Source: an uncultured Gammaproteobacteria bacterium
GTDB lineage: Bacteria; Patescibacteriota; Patescibacteriia; HK-STAS-PATE-3
Assembly: GCA_964637345.1 (NCBI GenBank)
Contig: CAZWTD010000002.1
Span: forward strand, 6,426-70,425
Length of the DNA: 64,000 nucleotides
Direction: 5' to 3'
Part shown: positions 34,796 through 44,192 of the stretch, piece after piece
How the letters are laid out: each line of letters opens with the position of its first letter
How positions within the stretch are numbered: position 1 is the first letter of the stretch
The notes under the pieces: generated by a model
Database searches by the model: none
What the model saw: only the letters and a program-made list of their open reading frames with translations
Told to the model about the DNA's origin: nothing
Program-made: the position numbers and the translations under genes

Positions 34796-36550
34796 ATGTC
34801 CGTCCCTCGACGCGGTTCCCGGCCAACGAAGCCACGTCGGTCTTTGGATCGGCTGACAGTCGCCGTTATTGCGCTTTTTAGCTTTGCGGCGATCATTATC
34901 TTCCGTTTATTCACTCTCCAGGTTCTCGCGCACGGGTTTTATGAAACCCTAGCCGCTGGACAGTATGAAATTGCTGAGCGTTTAGTCCCGACCCGAGGAG
35001 ATATTCTTGTTCGCGATCGTTTTTCGGGCGACACCTTATTTCCCCTCGCAACAAACGAGGATTTATATTTAGCGTACGCGGTTCCGAAACGCGTGGAGGA
35101 TCCGGCTGGGGCCGCGGAGAAGCTGGCCGACATGCTTGAGCTTCCAGTCGAGGAGATTCTTCCGCGTTTAGAAAAGTCTGACGATCTGTACGAGCCCTTG
35201 AAACGAAAGGTGACCGAGGAAACGAAAACGGCGATTGATGAGCTGAATCTTCGGGGAATTGAATTTGCCCGAGAGAGTAATCGCTATTATCCGGAAGGCG
35301 AAATCGGGAGTCACATTCTTGGTTTTGTGGGCTACGACGGGAATGAACGAAAAGGTCAGTATGGACTCGAAGCTGCGTTCCAAGAGGAGCTCGCCGGGAA
35401 GGCCGGGATGTTGACCGCCGAGCGCGATGCGGCCGGTCGTTGGATTACTGTTTCGGATAAAATGCTTGAAGAGGCTCAAGACGGAGATGATTTGATTCTC
35501 ACAATCGATCGGACCGTTGAGTATACGGTGTGCACAAAGCTCTCTGAAGCTGTTCAGAAGCACGGCGCAACGGGCGGGAGCGCAATAGTTATGGATCCAA
35601 ACACCGGCGCAATCCTCGCGATGTGCGGATATCCAGACTATGATCCGAATGAGTACAATAAAGTTGAAAACATCAACGCCTTCATCAATCCTTCGCTCCA
35701 GTCCTACGAGCCGGGTTCGATTTTTAAGCCGATCACTATGGCGGCCGCGCTTGACCAGGGCAAGGTAACACCGGCGTCAACCTATGAGGATACTGGAAGC
35801 GTTGAGATCGCGAACTTCACGATTAAAAACTCTGACGGGAAGGCCCACGGGACCGCGACGATGACGCAGGTACTTGAGGAGTCACTGAACACCGGGGCAA
35901 TCTATGCGGCCGAACAAGTCGGGCCCGAGAAGTTTCTCGAGTATGTTCAGAAATTCGGCTTTGGGGAAAAAACGGGAATTGAGCTTGGCGGTGAATCGGC
36001 TGGAACTCTCGGCGAACTCCCAACCGGAAAAGAAATCTATATGGCTACCTCTTCGTTCGGCCAAGGGTTGACAACGACACCTTTGCAGATGGCCGCAGCG
36101 TACGCGGCGATCGCCAACGGCGGGAAACTCTATACACCATACCTAGTGGACGAGATTGTGAAACCGAACGACTATCGCGTGAAAACTGAACCGACGCTTG
36201 TTCGCCAAGTGATTGATGCAAAAACGGCAACGACGCTATCGGCGATGCTGGTGAATGTTGTGAAAGGGTCGCACGGGAGACGGGCCGGCGTTCCGGGTTA
36301 CTATATCGCCGGGAAAACCGGAACAGCCCAGATTCCCCGAAAGGACGGACCGGGCTACGATCCGAATCGGACCATCGGCTCTTTCGCCGGCTTTGGGCCG
36401 GTTGAAAACCCGAAGTTCGTTATGGTGGTAAAAATTGAGGATCCGAAAGACGTGCGCTTTGCGGAAAGCACGGCCGCCCCGCTCTTCGGCGAGATCGCGC
36501 AGTTCCTTATGAACTATTACGAAGTTCCGCCTAGCGCACCAAGGGAGTAA
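34796..36550 (+). CDS. ftsI: penicillin-binding protein (class B transpeptidase, FtsI/PBP2-like)
   Basis: N-terminal TM, dimerisation domain, SxxK (SIFKP), SxN, and KTGT (KTGTAQ) motifs. Confidence 0.85.
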   Translation: MSVPRRGSRPTKPRRSLDRLTVAVIALFSFAAIIIFRLFTLQVLAHGFYETLAAGQYEIAERLVPTRGDILVRDRFSGDTLFPLATNEDLYLAYAVPKRVEDPAGAAEKLADMLELPVEEILPRLEKSDDLYEPLKRKVTEETKTAIDELNLRGIEFARESNRYYPEGEIGSHILGFVGYDGNERKGQYGLEAAFQEELAGKAGMLTAERDAAGRWITVSDKMLEEAQDGDDLILTIDRTVEYTVCTKLSEAVQKHGATGGSAIVMDPNTGAILAMCGYPDYDPNEYNKVENINAFINPSLQSYEPGSIFKPITMAAALDQGKVTPASTYEDTGSVEIANFTIKNSDGKAHGTATMTQVLEESLNTGAIYAAEQVGPEKFLEYVQKFGFGEKTGIELGGESAGTLGELPTGKEIYMATSSFGQGLTTTPLQMAAAYAAIANGGKLYTPYLVDEIVKPNDYRVKTEPTLVRQVIDAKTATTLSAMLVNVVKGSHGRRAGVPGYYIAGKTGTAQIPRKDGPGYDPNRTIGSFAGFGPVENPKFVMVVKIEDPKDVRFAESTAAPLFGEIAQFLMNYYEVPPSAPRE

Positions 36551-37096
36551 ACGCTTGGTAGAGAAGGAGGTGGGTCATGGAGGAGTATCGCTTCTTTGAG
36601 GGAGAAGCGCTTCACTGGGTGACCGGACGGATTGAACGGTATTGCGCCTGGTATCGAATTCGGCGCCTACCTGATGGCTCTGAAGAATGGACCCGCTGTC
36701 CTGGAATCACGTTCCTCGGACAAGCCTGCGCCCCCGTTCACCTGAACGCGGGCGCTTTTCGAAAAAAAAGAACCCGGAGGAGCGGAGCCCATGCAGGAAT
36801 TCTGCAGTGGGATCCGTCCTCCGGGAAACGGCGACTCGTCGAGGCCTACCTCGGATTGGCAGTCGAGAGCCGCCCTGATAGGGGACCGACGCGGACTTAC
36901 CGCGAGGGTTGGGAATGCGGCATTCCGCGTCGGTTCGAGTCCTTGGACAGATTTGAGCGGCTTCTCCCCGCAGAGTTCCTATCTCATATCCATCCGACTC
37001 GACAACAAAGAGCAGAAGGAGTCTACTCGGTTTTCGGTAACATGTCAAGGGCGGAAGAAACAATTCGTGGATTGTCTAGCCAATGGTATACTATCA

Positions 37097-38428
37097 ATGG
37101 CTACTATGACGAAAGAATCGTTGCTCCGAAAACTCGAAAATCTCTTAGCTTGGCTGAGCCTACGGATCATTCGGAAATATCGTCCGGATATTATTGCCGT
37201 GACCGGCAGCGTTGGAAAGACCGGAACAAAGGATGCGATTTTTTGCGTCCTCGCTGGTTCGTTTGGCGTTCGGAAAAGTGAAGGAAACTTAAACAATGAA
37301 CTTGGTTTACCACTTTCGATTTTGGGTGAACGATCAGGCGGGCGGAATCCCTTCGCGTGGCTTCGTATCCTCGGGAAGGCCTTTCGTTTTCTCCTCCAGT
37401 CTCGGCCCTTTCCCGAACTGCTCATCCTTGAGATGGGAGCAGATCACCCCGGCGATCTCGAGCGCTTAACCCAGATTGCTCGGCCGCGCGTGAGCGTGAC
37501 CACGGCCGTCGCGCCGGTTCATACGGAATTTTTTTCCTCACTCGAGGCGCTCGCTGCAGAGAAGGCGACGCTCGCTCGGCGGACCGAGCCCGACGGATAT
37601 ACCATCTTGAACGCCGATGATCCGGTGGTCATCGGGTTCCGTGACAAAACGGATGCGCGGGTGCTTTCCTATGGCTTTTCGCCAGAAGCGGATCTTCGGG
37701 CAACTTCGTTTGACGTCATTCGTTCAACGAAGGAACATATTCCGAGCGGATTGCGCTTTATCTTATCGTATGAGGGAAAGCACGTTGAAGTAACGCTGCA
37801 CGGAGCGCTTGGTCGTCCTGCAGTGAGCGCCGCCTTAGCCGGCGCAGCTGTTGGTATCGTTTACGGCCTTGAGTTGTCCGCAATAGCCGAAGCGCTCGGA
37901 CATCTCCAAATGCCGAAAGGCCGCCTTCGACCGCTCCGAGGGATTAATCAGTCTTTGCTCATCGACGACACCTACAACGCAAGCCCCCGCGCCGCAATCG
38001 CCGCACTGGATGTTTTGGGTGACCTGGCTGAAGCGCCCGCGTCCGATCGAGGAGCGAACTCCGGTCGGCGGATTGCCGTGTTTGGGAACATGGCCGAACT
38101 CGGGCATTTGAGCGAGGCGGGACATCAAGAGGTCGGGGAGCATGCTGCAAAAATCTGCGATCTCCTCATTACGGTCGGGGACCTCGCGAAGGGGATAGGC
38201 GCGGGCGCGGTTAAGGCGGGGTTCGCCGCGAAGCGCGTCGCGAGCTTTGAGGATCAAAGTTCGGCTCTACATCTTCTTCGTCAGGAAATTGGTCCGAAGG
38301 ATCTCATCCTTATTAAAGGTTCTCAATCGGCTCGGATGGAAAAGCTGACCGCTGCGCTGCTTGAAAACCCGGCCGACGCGCAACTCCATCTTGTGCGCCA
38401 AGGGCCGGAGTGGACGCGGCCGCATTGA
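37097..38428 (+). CDS. murF: UDP-N-acetylmuramoyl-tripeptide--D-alanyl-D-alanine ligase
   Basis: Mur-ligase P-loop AVTGSVGKTGTKD at residue about 35, with central and C-terminal Mur ligase domains. The start was moved to MATMTKESL. The N-terminal domain appears short compared with E. coli MurF. Confidence 0.8.
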   Translation: MATMTKESLLRKLENLLAWLSLRIIRKYRPDIIAVTGSVGKTGTKDAIFCVLAGSFGVRKSEGNLNNELGLPLSILGERSGGRNPFAWLRILGKAFRFLLQSRPFPELLILEMGADHPGDLERLTQIARPRVSVTTAVAPVHTEFFSSLEALAAEKATLARRTEPDGYTILNADDPVVIGFRDKTDARVLSYGFSPEADLRATSFDVIRSTKEHIPSGLRFILSYEGKHVEVTLHGALGRPAVSAALAGAAVGIVYGLELSAIAEALGHLQMPKGRLRPLRGINQSLLIDDTYNASPRAAIAALDVLGDLAEAPASDRGANSGRRIAVFGNMAELGHLSEAGHQEVGEHAAKICDLLITVGDLAKGIGAGAVKAGFAAKRVASFEDQSSALHLLRQEIGPKDLILIKGSQSARMEKLTAALLENPADAQLHLVRQGPEWTRPH

Positions 38429-38495
38429 CCGGATCCGGAGAAAAAGGTAAAATAAGAGCGCCGTCGGAGAAAAACGCGACGGCGCAAAAAATAGC

Positions 38496-39506
38496 ATGAA
38501 ACGCCCCCGCGTCCTCCTCCTCATCGCCGGCGGAACCTCCCTTTCTCCAAAGGAAAGCACGAAGGCGCCGGTTCAATCAGCTCGCGACGTCCCGGCCTGG
38601 ATGCGCGAGCTTCAAGAGCTTCTCATCGTCGCTGATCTCGACCCACTTTTTCTTTCCGCCGGGAGTCCGGACGGACTTCAGTCGGACCTTTGGGAACGCA
38701 TCGGGAAAATCGTTGAACGCGAGTATACATCCTACGACGGCTTTGTCCTTACGCACGACATTGAGTCAATTCATTATTCGGCCCCGGCGCTTGCGCTTGC
38801 GTTTGAAGGAATTGGAAAGCCTTTTGTCCTTACGGCGTCGCCCTATGACCTGATGCGCCGGAGTGTCCCGAAGTCGATTCAGTCGATTTTCCAGGAGTAC
38901 CGCGGTTTCGGCAATAAAGACAATCTCTTGAATGCGCTCCACGTCGCGGTCGGGGATCTCGCGGAAACCTGCCTCGTCTTTGGTAACCAAATCCATCGAG
39001 CGATCGAAGTTGAGCCGAGCCGAGAACCAAGCTTGAATTACTTTAGCTCGCTAACCGGCGAGCTCATCGGTAAAGTCGACTTCGGTCTAAAGTTGTTTGC
39101 GCCGGTACGTCGTCGGTCAGGAAAGCCTTTCCCGGTTCGTGCGAAGTATGATGCGCGGCTTACGGTTCTCGATATTCATCACGGAGCTTCGACCACGCAG
39201 CTGCTCGGCCTTATTCGCTCGAAGCCGAACGCCGTTTTCGTCGAGCTTGATGAGCTCATGACGCTCCCGAAAGAAATCGGAAAAGCCTTAACCGAGCTCC
39301 AGAAGTCCGGAGTTCCGGTTTTTCTTCACCGGGAGCACGGCGAACTTGAGCCACGGCTGCCCCTCCTGCGCCTGCCCGGAATTCCGTATCATACCGCTTT
39401 CGTCCTCGCGATGTGGATGCTTGGCCAAACGCACGCTCTGCCGAAGCTTCGGCAACTACTTGAGGCAAAGCTCGCGCTTACGAAGCTGAAAGGAGCGCGA
39501 TTATGA
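38496..39506 (+). CDS. asparaginase/glutaminase-family protein (possibly divergent)
   Basis: N-terminal LLLIAGGTSLS resembles the asparaginase TGGTIAG motif, but the HGTDT-like second motif is degenerate (LTHDIES). Confidence 0.4.
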   Translation: MKRPRVLLLIAGGTSLSPKESTKAPVQSARDVPAWMRELQELLIVADLDPLFLSAGSPDGLQSDLWERIGKIVEREYTSYDGFVLTHDIESIHYSAPALALAFEGIGKPFVLTASPYDLMRRSVPKSIQSIFQEYRGFGNKDNLLNALHVAVGDLAETCLVFGNQIHRAIEVEPSREPSLNYFSSLTGELIGKVDFGLKLFAPVRRRSGKPFPVRAKYDARLTVLDIHHGASTTQLLGLIRSKPNAVFVELDELMTLPKEIGKALTELQKSGVPVFLHREHGELEPRLPLLRLPGIPYHTAFVLAMWMLGQTHALPKLRQLLEAKLALTKLKGARL

Positions 39507-40129
39507 TTCGCGCGTATTTTTACGGTCCGCCCACCGACACTTCTCGTTTGCGCGAGAGCTATCAGCTTATCCGGCGCATTGTGAAGCAGGCTGGAATTGC
39601 GTTGTCGTCGAATACGCAATCACCCGAGGCTGATCTTGATCCAGAAGAAACTCGTCTCGTCGAATCGCGTGGCGGAAGTCTTCTCGATATGATGAACGCG
39701 ATTATTATCGAAGGCTCGACCGCTGACCCGGAGGTTGGGTATTTACTCGCCTATGCGGTCGCACAAAAACGCCCAACGCTTTTTTTGGCCGAGAAGGGTA
39801 GCAGCGGACGGCAAATCCTTCGCTATCTTGATGAGCGGAAAATTCCGAAAGTGTGCCAGATTCGGACCTATGGACCGAAGAATCTCGAATGGATTCTTAC
39901 GGAGTTTTTAAAAACGCTTGGCGAAGGAGAGGTAAAAGAAATTCCTCGGATTAAGTTTACGCTTCGCATTACGCCGACAATTGAAGAGTATCTCGACTGG
40001 AAAACGCGGAATACGAAAACGAAAAAAGCGGATTATCTTCGAGAGGAGATTGATCATATTATTCAGAAGGACGACGCTTTCCAAGCGCACTTGGAACGGA
40101 AGCGCCGTCGCTCACTCGAAACGCCATGA
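39503..40129 (+). CDS. hypothetical protein (nucleoside 2-deoxyribosyltransferase-like fold possible)
   Basis: IIIEGSTADPEVGYLLAYAVAQKRPTLFL resembles the Rossmann-like NDT/LOG core. Weak. Confidence 0.3.
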   Translation: MIRAYFYGPPTDTSRLRESYQLIRRIVKQAGIALSSNTQSPEADLDPEETRLVESRGGSLLDMMNAIIIEGSTADPEVGYLLAYAVAQKRPTLFLAEKGSSGRQILRYLDERKIPKVCQIRTYGPKNLEWILTEFLKTLGEGEVKEIPRIKFTLRITPTIEEYLDWKTRNTKTKKADYLREEIDHIIQKDDAFQAHLERKRRRSLETP

Positions 40130-41802
40130 AAACTCGAATACGTGGTATTCTCGTCGCGCTCATCCTCAGCTGCGGAATCACTTCCGGCGCAGCCGCAAAA
40201 TCATGGTCCTACGCTTCGTGGGATGTCTTGGCGACGATTGAGCCCGATTCGAGCGTCACGATTGAAGAAACGCAGACTTTTACGTTTTCAGGCGATTACT
40301 CTTGGGTGAATCGAACAATCCCAAAGACTAAGGGTATTTGGTTTGATGCGGTTGAGGTTCGGGACGGTTCCGGGCAACGGCTTTCCGAAGAAGATGTCGA
40401 TATTTCGAACGGGGGGAGCGATCTGAGCATCACAGTGCATTTTCCGAAGCTCCCAACTGATGCTGAAGAAACAAAAACCTGGACTTTCGTCTACCGAGCT
40501 CACAACGCGCTCGGGGATTTTTCGGATTACGATGAATTCTACTGGAACGCGGTCGGCGACGAACGCGAGGTTTCGGTTGAGCGGGCTCAAGTTCGGGTTC
40601 GTCTCCCCGGTGGCTATACGAGCGATCAAATCCAACAGCGTCTGCTCGTTGGGCCGCAAGGCTCGACAACCGAACAGTCAGGATTCTCCTTTACCGCGCC
40701 GGCGGAAGCGCAGTTTAGCGCCGAGTCGATCGCTCCCGGAGAATTTATGACCATTGTTCTTGGCTGGCCGAAGGGAGCGGTTATCCATCAGATCGTCGAA
40801 GAGCCGAAAAGTGCCTGGGATAAGGTATGGACCTGGCTCCTCTGGCCCTATCTTCTTTCCCCGATAGCAGTTTTCGCCTGGCTCATTAGGCGCTGGAAAA
40901 AGAGCGGTCGGGATCCAAAAGGAGCTTCAACGATTATTGCGCAGTATGACCCGCCAGACGGTCAGCCGCCTGCTGTTGTTGGAACACTAGTGGATGAACG
41001 CGTTGATCAGCGCGATATCACGGCAACGATTATCGACCTCGCTGTTCGAGGCTTCCTTACCGTTCGGGAGACGAAAAAGACCGGAATCTTCGGCGGTACA
41101 GAGTACACTTTCGAAAAGAAAAGGGCTGCAAATGATCCCACGCTCCGGCGCTTTGAGACCTTGTTCTTGGATGCCTTCTTTCATAGCCGGAACCAAGTTG
41201 AGCTCAGCGATCTGAAAAATACTTTTTACAAAAAGTTGAAGGAGATAAAGGAGGCAGTCTACGAAGAAACAACGAAGGCTGGATATTTTGAAGTTAACCC
41301 AGAGAAGGCGCGCAGTCGCTATTTGATTGCGGCGCTCGTATTCGGCTTTATCGGCTTTTTTGGGCTTTTCGTTCTTCTTGCTTGGGCCGCGCTGTTGTTG
41401 ATCTTTGCGTTTATCATGCCGCGTCGAACGCCGAAAGGGGTAGCGGCTAAAGAGTGGGCGCTTGGCTTTAAACTCTATCTTCACCGGGCCGAACGCTATC
41501 GGGTGAAAGCAATGACGCCTGAAACCTTCGAGCATTACCTGCCGCACGCGATGATCTTCGGGGTTGAGAAAGAGTGGGCCGAACGCTTTAGTGGCATTCT
41601 CAAAACCCCGCCGTCTTGGTACACGACAAATGATCCGAGTTTCCACTTTTCTTCGGTGTTGTTTGCGAGTCACCTCGCGTCCGCAATGAACACGACCGTT
41701 GCGCGAACACTTGCCTCATCCCCGTCCTCAAGTTCTGGTTTTAGCGGCGGGGGCGGATTTTCCGGCGGCGGGGGAGGCGGCGGGGGCGGGGGAGCTGGAT
41801 AG
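40126..41802 (+). CDS. DUF2207-family membrane protein with poly-Gly C-terminal tail
   Basis: Signal peptide, large extracytoplasmic domain, TM helices, cytoplasmic region, and a C-terminal GFSGGGGFSGGGGGGGGGGAG tail. This architecture is typical of DUF2207. Confidence 0.55.
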   Translation: MKTRIRGILVALILSCGITSGAAAKSWSYASWDVLATIEPDSSVTIEETQTFTFSGDYSWVNRTIPKTKGIWFDAVEVRDGSGQRLSEEDVDISNGGSDLSITVHFPKLPTDAEETKTWTFVYRAHNALGDFSDYDEFYWNAVGDEREVSVERAQVRVRLPGGYTSDQIQQRLLVGPQGSTTEQSGFSFTAPAEAQFSAESIAPGEFMTIVLGWPKGAVIHQIVEEPKSAWDKVWTWLLWPYLLSPIAVFAWLIRRWKKSGRDPKGASTIIAQYDPPDGQPPAVVGTLVDERVDQRDITATIIDLAVRGFLTVRETKKTGIFGGTEYTFEKKRAANDPTLRRFETLFLDAFFHSRNQVELSDLKNTFYKKLKEIKEAVYEETTKAGYFEVNPEKARSRYLIAALVFGFIGFFGLFVLLAWAALLLIFAFIMPRRTPKGVAAKEWALGFKLYLHRAERYRVKAMTPETFEHYLPHAMIFGVEKEWAERFSGILKTPPSWYTTNDPSFHFSSVLFASHLASAMNTTVARTLASSPSSSSGFSGGGGFSGGGGGGGGGGAG

Positions 41803-42162
41803 CGAAGACCCCCGGACGAGTCTCCAAGCAAAAGCGAAGGTAAGGGCCTCACGTCGTGAGGTGGGCAACGGCGCCGCGAGGTTGGTTTCGACCGTAGTCG
41901 AGAGAGGACAAGGTGTCCATCCCCAGACGGTCTAACCGTCATCGTGTTGCCGAATCCCGTAGAGATTTTTGAATCCTTACCTTTTGCCAGCCCGGAGTCC
42001 GTCCAGGGGTCATCCAAAGAACGTCAACAAGCACGTAACCGATAAAAAGGAGTCTACACTCCCTCGAAAAAAAAGCAAGGGTGTGGAGTGGATAACTCGA
42101 CTGGTACATTTTCTGTCTCGCGGTAGAATATCAGTATTAGCCTACTCATTACGGGAAAGCAT

Positions 42163-42609
42163 ATGGATCAAAATGGAAGGGTATTAAAGCGTTCAAAGGA
42201 TAATCGCGTTGTTGGGGGTGTTTGTGGCGGACTGTCCGCGTATTTTGACGTGGATGTTACGCTGTTGCGTATCGTTGCGGTTGTGTTAGCGTTTGCGGAC
42301 GGCGTAGGGATTCTTCTCTACCTCATTCTTTGGATTGTGGTGCCTGAAGAAGGGTCGGATTCCTCGGCGAAGACCGGAGAACGGGTAAAGAGTTTTGTTT
42401 CTGAAGTCGGTACGCAGGCTGAGACTATTATGGAAGGCGGGTCTCGCGGTTCGGGGTTCCGCAACCTTCTGGGACTTTGTATTGTCGTGATCGGTCTTCT
42501 TGCCTTAGCTCGTGAGTTCTTCCCAGCAACGTGGTTCGACTGGGATCTTCTGTGGCCAATACTTCTCATTTTCATTGGGGTATATATTCTTCGTAAGCGA
42601 AAAATCTAA
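42163..42609 (+). CDS. PspC-domain membrane protein
   Basis: N-terminal LKRSKDNRVVGGVCGGLSAYFDVDVTLLRIVAVVLAF, which is the PspC domain, followed by additional TM helices. Confidence 0.7.
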   Translation: MDQNGRVLKRSKDNRVVGGVCGGLSAYFDVDVTLLRIVAVVLAFADGVGILLYLILWIVVPEEGSDSSAKTGERVKSFVSEVGTQAETIMEGGSRGSGFRNLLGLCIVVIGLLALAREFFPATWFDWDLLWPILLIFIGVYILRKRKI

Positions 42610-42610
42610 T

Positions 42611-43624
42611 ATGGACCAAGCTCATCTTCAGCCTGACACTCCTTTGAACAGTACGCCGAAACCCGAATCGCCTCAGCCTCCACAAGAGACACCTCCGGTG
42701 AAGTCGGGAGCAGTTCAGGAAGTCCATCATTATCATCACGATAAAAAAGGTGGCTTTAGTCTTGCCCGTTTGCTGTTCGGGGGGATTCTGATTCTCATTG
42801 GCATCGCGTATCTTGGAAATTCCTTTGGCTGGTTTTCGGTAAACGTCGACTTCTGGCAGCTTTGGCCCATCCTCATCGTTTTCCTTGGACTCTCGATTCT
42901 CTCCCGGCACGGCTGGGTTGCCTGGGTAGTCGGTTCGCTCGTCACGCTCATCGTCTTAGGTGGTGTTGCATACGCAATCTTCGTCGGCTTCCCGGTTCGC
43001 GATTTATCGTCTGAGACCATCTCGGTTGATCGGTCGACCGAGGTAAGCGAGGCGAAAATCAATATCGCGACTGGAGCGGGAGAGCTAACGTTGCGCGGCG
43101 GTTCAGACAAGCTCGCCGACGGGACCTTCACCTCGAACGTTACCACGCTCACGAAAAGCGAAACGATTAGAGAGACGGTGCAAGAGCTTGACCTTGAGAT
43201 GCGCGGCCAGTGGCGCGGTTTTGGCTCAACCCGGAATGAGTTGTCGCTCAACCTGACGAAGGATCTTCCGATCGACCTTTCGATTGATTCTGGTGCGATG
43301 GATATGGAGCTTGATTTGGCTGAGGTCGTCGTGAAGCGTTTAAGCATCGACACCGGAGCCTCGAGCCTCGATCTCGTTCTCGGCGATCGCGCGGATCAAA
43401 GCGACATCCTCGTGAAGGCCGGGGCGAGCGCTGTAACAATCGCCGTTCCCCGCAGTGCGGGCGTACGTTTGACCATCGACGCCGGGCTGACCTCGAAAAC
43501 CTTTGAAGATTTTACGCGAGTCGACGAGAACGTTTACGAATCGGATGGGTATGCCGAAGCGGCGAAGAAAATCGATATCGAGCTTGACCTCGGCGTTTCG
43601 AGCTTGACGGTAAACTGGCGCTAA
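42611..43624 (+). CDS. membrane protein with C-terminal LiaF-like/'toastrack' (DUF4097/DUF2154-like) beta-helix domain
   Basis: Pro/Gln-rich N-terminus and 3-4 TM helices. The C-terminal domain is repetitive, with alternating short beta strands (IDLSIDSGAMDMELDL...LSIDTGASSLDLVLGD). It commonly pairs with PspC-domain genes. Confidence 0.45.
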   Translation: MDQAHLQPDTPLNSTPKPESPQPPQETPPVKSGAVQEVHHYHHDKKGGFSLARLLFGGILILIGIAYLGNSFGWFSVNVDFWQLWPILIVFLGLSILSRHGWVAWVVGSLVTLIVLGGVAYAIFVGFPVRDLSSETISVDRSTEVSEAKINIATGAGELTLRGGSDKLADGTFTSNVTTLTKSETIRETVQELDLEMRGQWRGFGSTRNELSLNLTKDLPIDLSIDSGAMDMELDLAEVVVKRLSIDTGASSLDLVLGDRADQSDILVKAGASAVTIAVPRSAGVRLTIDAGLTSKTFEDFTRVDENVYESDGYAEAAKKIDIELDLGVSSLTVNWR

Positions 43625-43631
43625 CCCGTAT

Positions 43632-43650
43632 GCGCAAGTGAAGCTTGCGC
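43632..43650. repeat. REP-like hairpin GCGCAAG-TGAAG-CTTGCGC (3' flank of RAYT gene)
   Basis: Perfect 7-bp inverted repeat, 8 nt after the LiaF-like stop and 10 nt from the RAYT stop. Confidence 0.5.
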
Positions 43651-43659
43651 GAGATTCCG

Positions 43660-44139
43660 TCACTGCAGATTATCAACGATAATTCCTCGGGGAGTTCCCG
43701 TCAGGCGCTGTTGTGCTGATGACCAGGGATATTCCTCGGGTCGCTGACAAAGTCCGGCGCGAACTGGATTAAGATGGATGTAGGTTGCTTTCACCCTGTA
43801 ATCTTCTGATCCTCGAATTCCATGATCGTAGTACTCGCGTTGAAATACTCGTCCCGAGCTATTGTTGAGTTCATGAAATCGCCGTGCGAAGCTGCTGTGG
43901 ATTGCTTGCATTAAGTGGCCGAGCGATTCCCTCTGTGCGGGTAGTACGATGGCGTGATAATGGTCAGGCATGAGGACATATTCAAAAACGACAAAGTGGT
44001 ATTTTGCCCTTTGTTCGTTGATTATGTGTTCCATGGATCGGGCAAAAACAGGATCAAGGAACCATTGTTTTCGATAGAGAAAATTGACCGTGACAAAAAA
44101 CGGTATAGTGTGTATCCGGAGACGTTTTCGGGTCCACAT
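43660..44139 (-). CDS. REP-associated tyrosine transposase (RAYT; IS200/IS605 Y1 transposase family)
   Basis: HuH motif PDHYHAIV and a catalytic Tyr region (YIHLNPVRAG). The size of 159 aa is typical. It is flanked by REP-like hairpins on both sides. Confidence 0.75.
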   Translation of the reverse strand: MWTRKRLRIHTIPFFVTVNFLYRKQWFLDPVFARSMEHIINEQRAKYHFVVFEYVLMPDHYHAIVLPAQRESLGHLMQAIHSSFARRFHELNNSSGRVFQREYYDHGIRGSEDYRVKATYIHLNPVRAGLCQRPEEYPWSSAQQRLTGTPRGIIVDNLQ

Positions 44140-44192
44140 GGAGATGCTCCCGCCACCTTTGTCGACGCATATGGTACCATACTATTACGCGA

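Noticed and set aside
36935-36960. tRNA-like T-loop sequence GGTTCGAGTCC (possible tRNA or tmRNA 3' domain)
   Set aside because: Flanking bases cannot form a T-stem or acceptor stem. There is no tmRNA-like 5' GGGG...GATTCGACGG partner or CCA end. Key RNase P CR-I/CR-IV/CR-V elements are also absent.
36577-37281. 234-aa ORF with a near-perfect Shine-Dalgarno in the ftsI-murF gap
   Set aside because: The translation is W/R/C-rich with no domain. It contains a poly-A run and overlaps murF out of frame by about 185 nt. It is treated as non-coding or structured sequence (see finding) rather than a CDS, but the strong SD keeps some doubt alive.
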